The position numbers and the translations under genes were made by a program. The notes under the pieces were generated by a model, which ran no database searches, had not been told where the DNA came from, and was given only the letters and a program-made list of their open reading frames with translations. Shown in pieces: positions 61,503 through 64,000 of a DNA stretch of 64,000 bases (position 1 is its first letter; each line of letters opens with the position of its first letter). The DNA comes from Chara braunii (lineage: Eukaryota; Plantae; Charophyceae): the NCBI GenBank assembly GCA_003427395.1, contig BFEA01000019.1:2173169-2237168 (forward strand), read 5' to 3'.

Positions 61503-62333
61503 GGCATGTCGTTTGACCATTCAACTTTAAAACAATGCTTAACATGCCTAAGATTATACACAAACAGTTGCACAATTACTACTTCTCTCTTCTTTGGGTA
61601 TGTGATTAGACCATTCAGCTTGGACACAATGTCTAATCGCCCTGAACTGTTTAAATACTCAAAATTTAGTAACTCTCTGACTTGTCTTCAAAATATGGGT
61701 AGGGAACTGGATCATTCAGCTTAGAAACAATGCTTAGTTTGCCATGTTTACTTTCAATTATACTTCTGACTTTATTTTTTTTTCCAGTGATATAACTTAA
61801 ACCACTAGTATATTTGTCGGTTTGAAAATACTTGGTCTCCGACCTTTCAGGAGGTCGAAACGAAACGACGGCCGCCGATCAGATTTATCAATGGCAGGCT
61901 CGGCCTCCTGAAATTTCGAAGGTACACCAGTACTTGTCGAAAAGAGGCTCGGAGTCCAACTACCTGTTCATATGCAAATATAGATAAAGTATTTCCAGTT
62001 ATACTCATTTGTACTTAGTGTGTGGTTTCGAGTGAAACTATTCGGCTTGGAAACAATGCTTAACCTTTCGCAAATATCTTCCCTCAGAATAAAACAAAAT
62101 ACTGAACCATATGTCTTGGAATCAATGTCCAGTTTATCTTAAGTCACACAGAAGCACAAAGTTGGACCATTCGGCTTGGAATCAATGACCAACATCAGTC
62201 GGAAACCTAAAAAAAAAACAGGTAGACCAAGCCATTCAACTTAGAAACAATGTTTAGTCTCGAAAATTAAACAAGCAATTGCTCATAAATAAGCATAGCA
62301 ACCAGGTCATTCAGCTTAAAGTCAATGTCTAGT
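61503..62333 (-). ncRNA. Array of 8 conserved-loop, variable-stem hairpins (cassette B, array 2)
   Basis: Core YCATTCRRCTTRGAAWCAATG with co-varying flanks, e.g. GATTAGA/TCTAATC and GTTGG/CCAAC. Confidence 0.68.
61797..61950. mobile_element. TTAA-family MITE (truncated) inserted in hairpin array B
   Basis: TTAA-ACCACTAGTA; interior GAAACGACGGCCGCCGATCAGATTTATCAATGGCAG is the reverse complement of sequence in the 14888 copy. Confidence 0.7.
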
Positions 62334-62804
62334 CCTTTAAAAAACAGAAGATAAACATAATACTGACTCATTTAGCTTTGGTTGACCCTGTCAAATGCAT
62401 GCAATACCGCCGTCCTCCCACCTCCCCCAATTCATCCCTTAGTCTGATTTCATTCACACATGCATTCTTTCACTTAATCTGATTAAGTTATAAACGAAAA
62501 TCAAAATCATAAGGGAACACATGCATATTTCTCAAACAAACTAGAGAAAGGTAGTGGTAGGGGTATAGTAGGTTCACACAGAGCAGAAAAAGATGTACCC
62601 GAATGTTTTTTGCCGCCTTCCTCTATAAACCAATAGGCTAAATCGATATTAAGAAGGGCAGAGAAAAAAGAATTAAGTCTCTTAGATATAAAGAGAGGTG
62701 CACTTAGACTCGCATGAGAGGGTCTTGATCTCTTCAAACACCTGAGGGGCCCCGATGGCGGTCAAAACGCATCAAGGACGGTCGAACCGCAGTTAAAACA
62801 TTGA

Positions 62805-63332
62805 GTACAACGAAAAAAATTCCCACAATTAAATAATTATTCTATAGTAAAATTACAATCTAAATTTTAAATTTTCATTCTATCTTAAAAAATGTCATTC
62901 CAATTTAAAAAATGTTCGTTTTACTTGCAAACTTTCATTCGGAAAATAGGGTATCCCTGTTTATTTGGATTGCATACTAGAGATGGAATGAAAGTCTGGA
63001 TGAGTTCATGAAGTATTTTAATTGGACTGCCATTTTGTGTAAGCATTTCCAGTCATAAATAGGTTAATCCAATCTAGATTAGAAGATATTTGCTATAGTA
63101 AAATAAAAATTTAATTAAAACATTGTATAAACTCATCCAGACTTTCATTCCATCTTGAATAAATAGATGTAGTTGGAAGGGAAAACTCATATTTAGACGA
63201 GAACTTGTCAAATAAAATTGAAAATGTTAGAATTGGACGAACATTGGAATGATAATTTATAAATATGAAGGATTTTTTTTTATGGAATGTTTTTTCAACT
63301 TTCATTTCTTGTGGGAATTTTTTTGTTGTAGC
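62805..63332. repeat. AT-rich ~520-bp foldback (inverted repeat), probably DNA-transposon derived
   Basis: AAAAAAATTCCCACAA / TTGTGGGAATTTTTTT and AGATGGAATGAAAGTCTGGATGAGTT / AACTCATCCAGACTTTCATTCCATCT. Confidence 0.75.
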
Positions 63333-64000
63333 CACGCTCTAACAAATCTACACGAGGCAACAATCACCCCCTTTTTATCTTTTGATCACCCTCCAAACCG
63401 ATGTAGCAAATCCGGATATCTGACAGACCAATTTTATCCGGATTTTTCAATCCGAATGAAATTTCCAGATTAATTATGGACATGAAAAATTCGACCCTAC
63501 GCAAATTTCTGACAAAAAAAAAAAAATGGGAAAAAAACATGTTGTTCATATTAACAATATGAACATATTTCAGTATAATCTCATTTTGATATCTTAACAA
63601 ATTTGAAGATTAAAAAAAAAAAATAATAATAATAATATTTAGATAAAAAATAATAAAATGAATGAAGCATTCTTCCTCTAAACCTCATTATTCCCTATCT
63701 TACCTCATTTAAACTCTTCCACGTCTTATCAAGCTTTTCATGAAATATAAATTTTGTTTTTTTGTATTTTACATGTGCAATATCACTTCTTTTTTTTAAT
63801 TTTTTTTTTACTATTTTTTATTTTATTTTATGGATTTTCGAATAATCCTACCCCCTGATCATCCAACCAGATAATCCGACCAGATTATCCGGCCAGATAA
63901 CCCATGCTACCTCGCTCTAAATGCACTGCAGTAAGCGCAGAAACTAAGTATAATATTTGGGTAAAAAAGTTAGTACACACACAACAAAGTATCCGGCATG

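Overview
Eukaryotic, repeat-rich draft scaffold with many N gaps. It most likely comes from a charophyte green alga such as Chara (inferred from a plant-type gene with multi-kb TE-filled introns). The left half (1-29.8 kb) holds the 5' part of a minus-strand chloroplast Cu-transporting P1B-ATPase, PAA1/HMA6-like. Six coding exons were reconstructed with GT-AG junctions (576 codons), and the gene runs off the left edge. Its introns contain three hammerhead-ribozyme motifs (two type III in gene sense, one minimal type I), three U6 snRNA retrocopies, tRNA-derived SINE heads, a family of TTAA-flanked MITEs that chain head-to-tail, LINE remnants and microsatellites. Five Nextera mate-pair junction adapters are assembled in as artefacts. 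The right half (30-64 kb) is nested TE sequence: LTR-like elements, a decayed L1-type LINE split by a 2.36-kb solo LTR, and a chimeric LSU-rDNA fragment. It also holds two diverged copies (about 42.3-44.8 kb and 60.2-62.8 kb) of a non-coding cassette. Each cassette has two arrays of RNA hairpins whose stems co-vary while the cores stay fixed, making it the best candidate for an undescribed system in this window.
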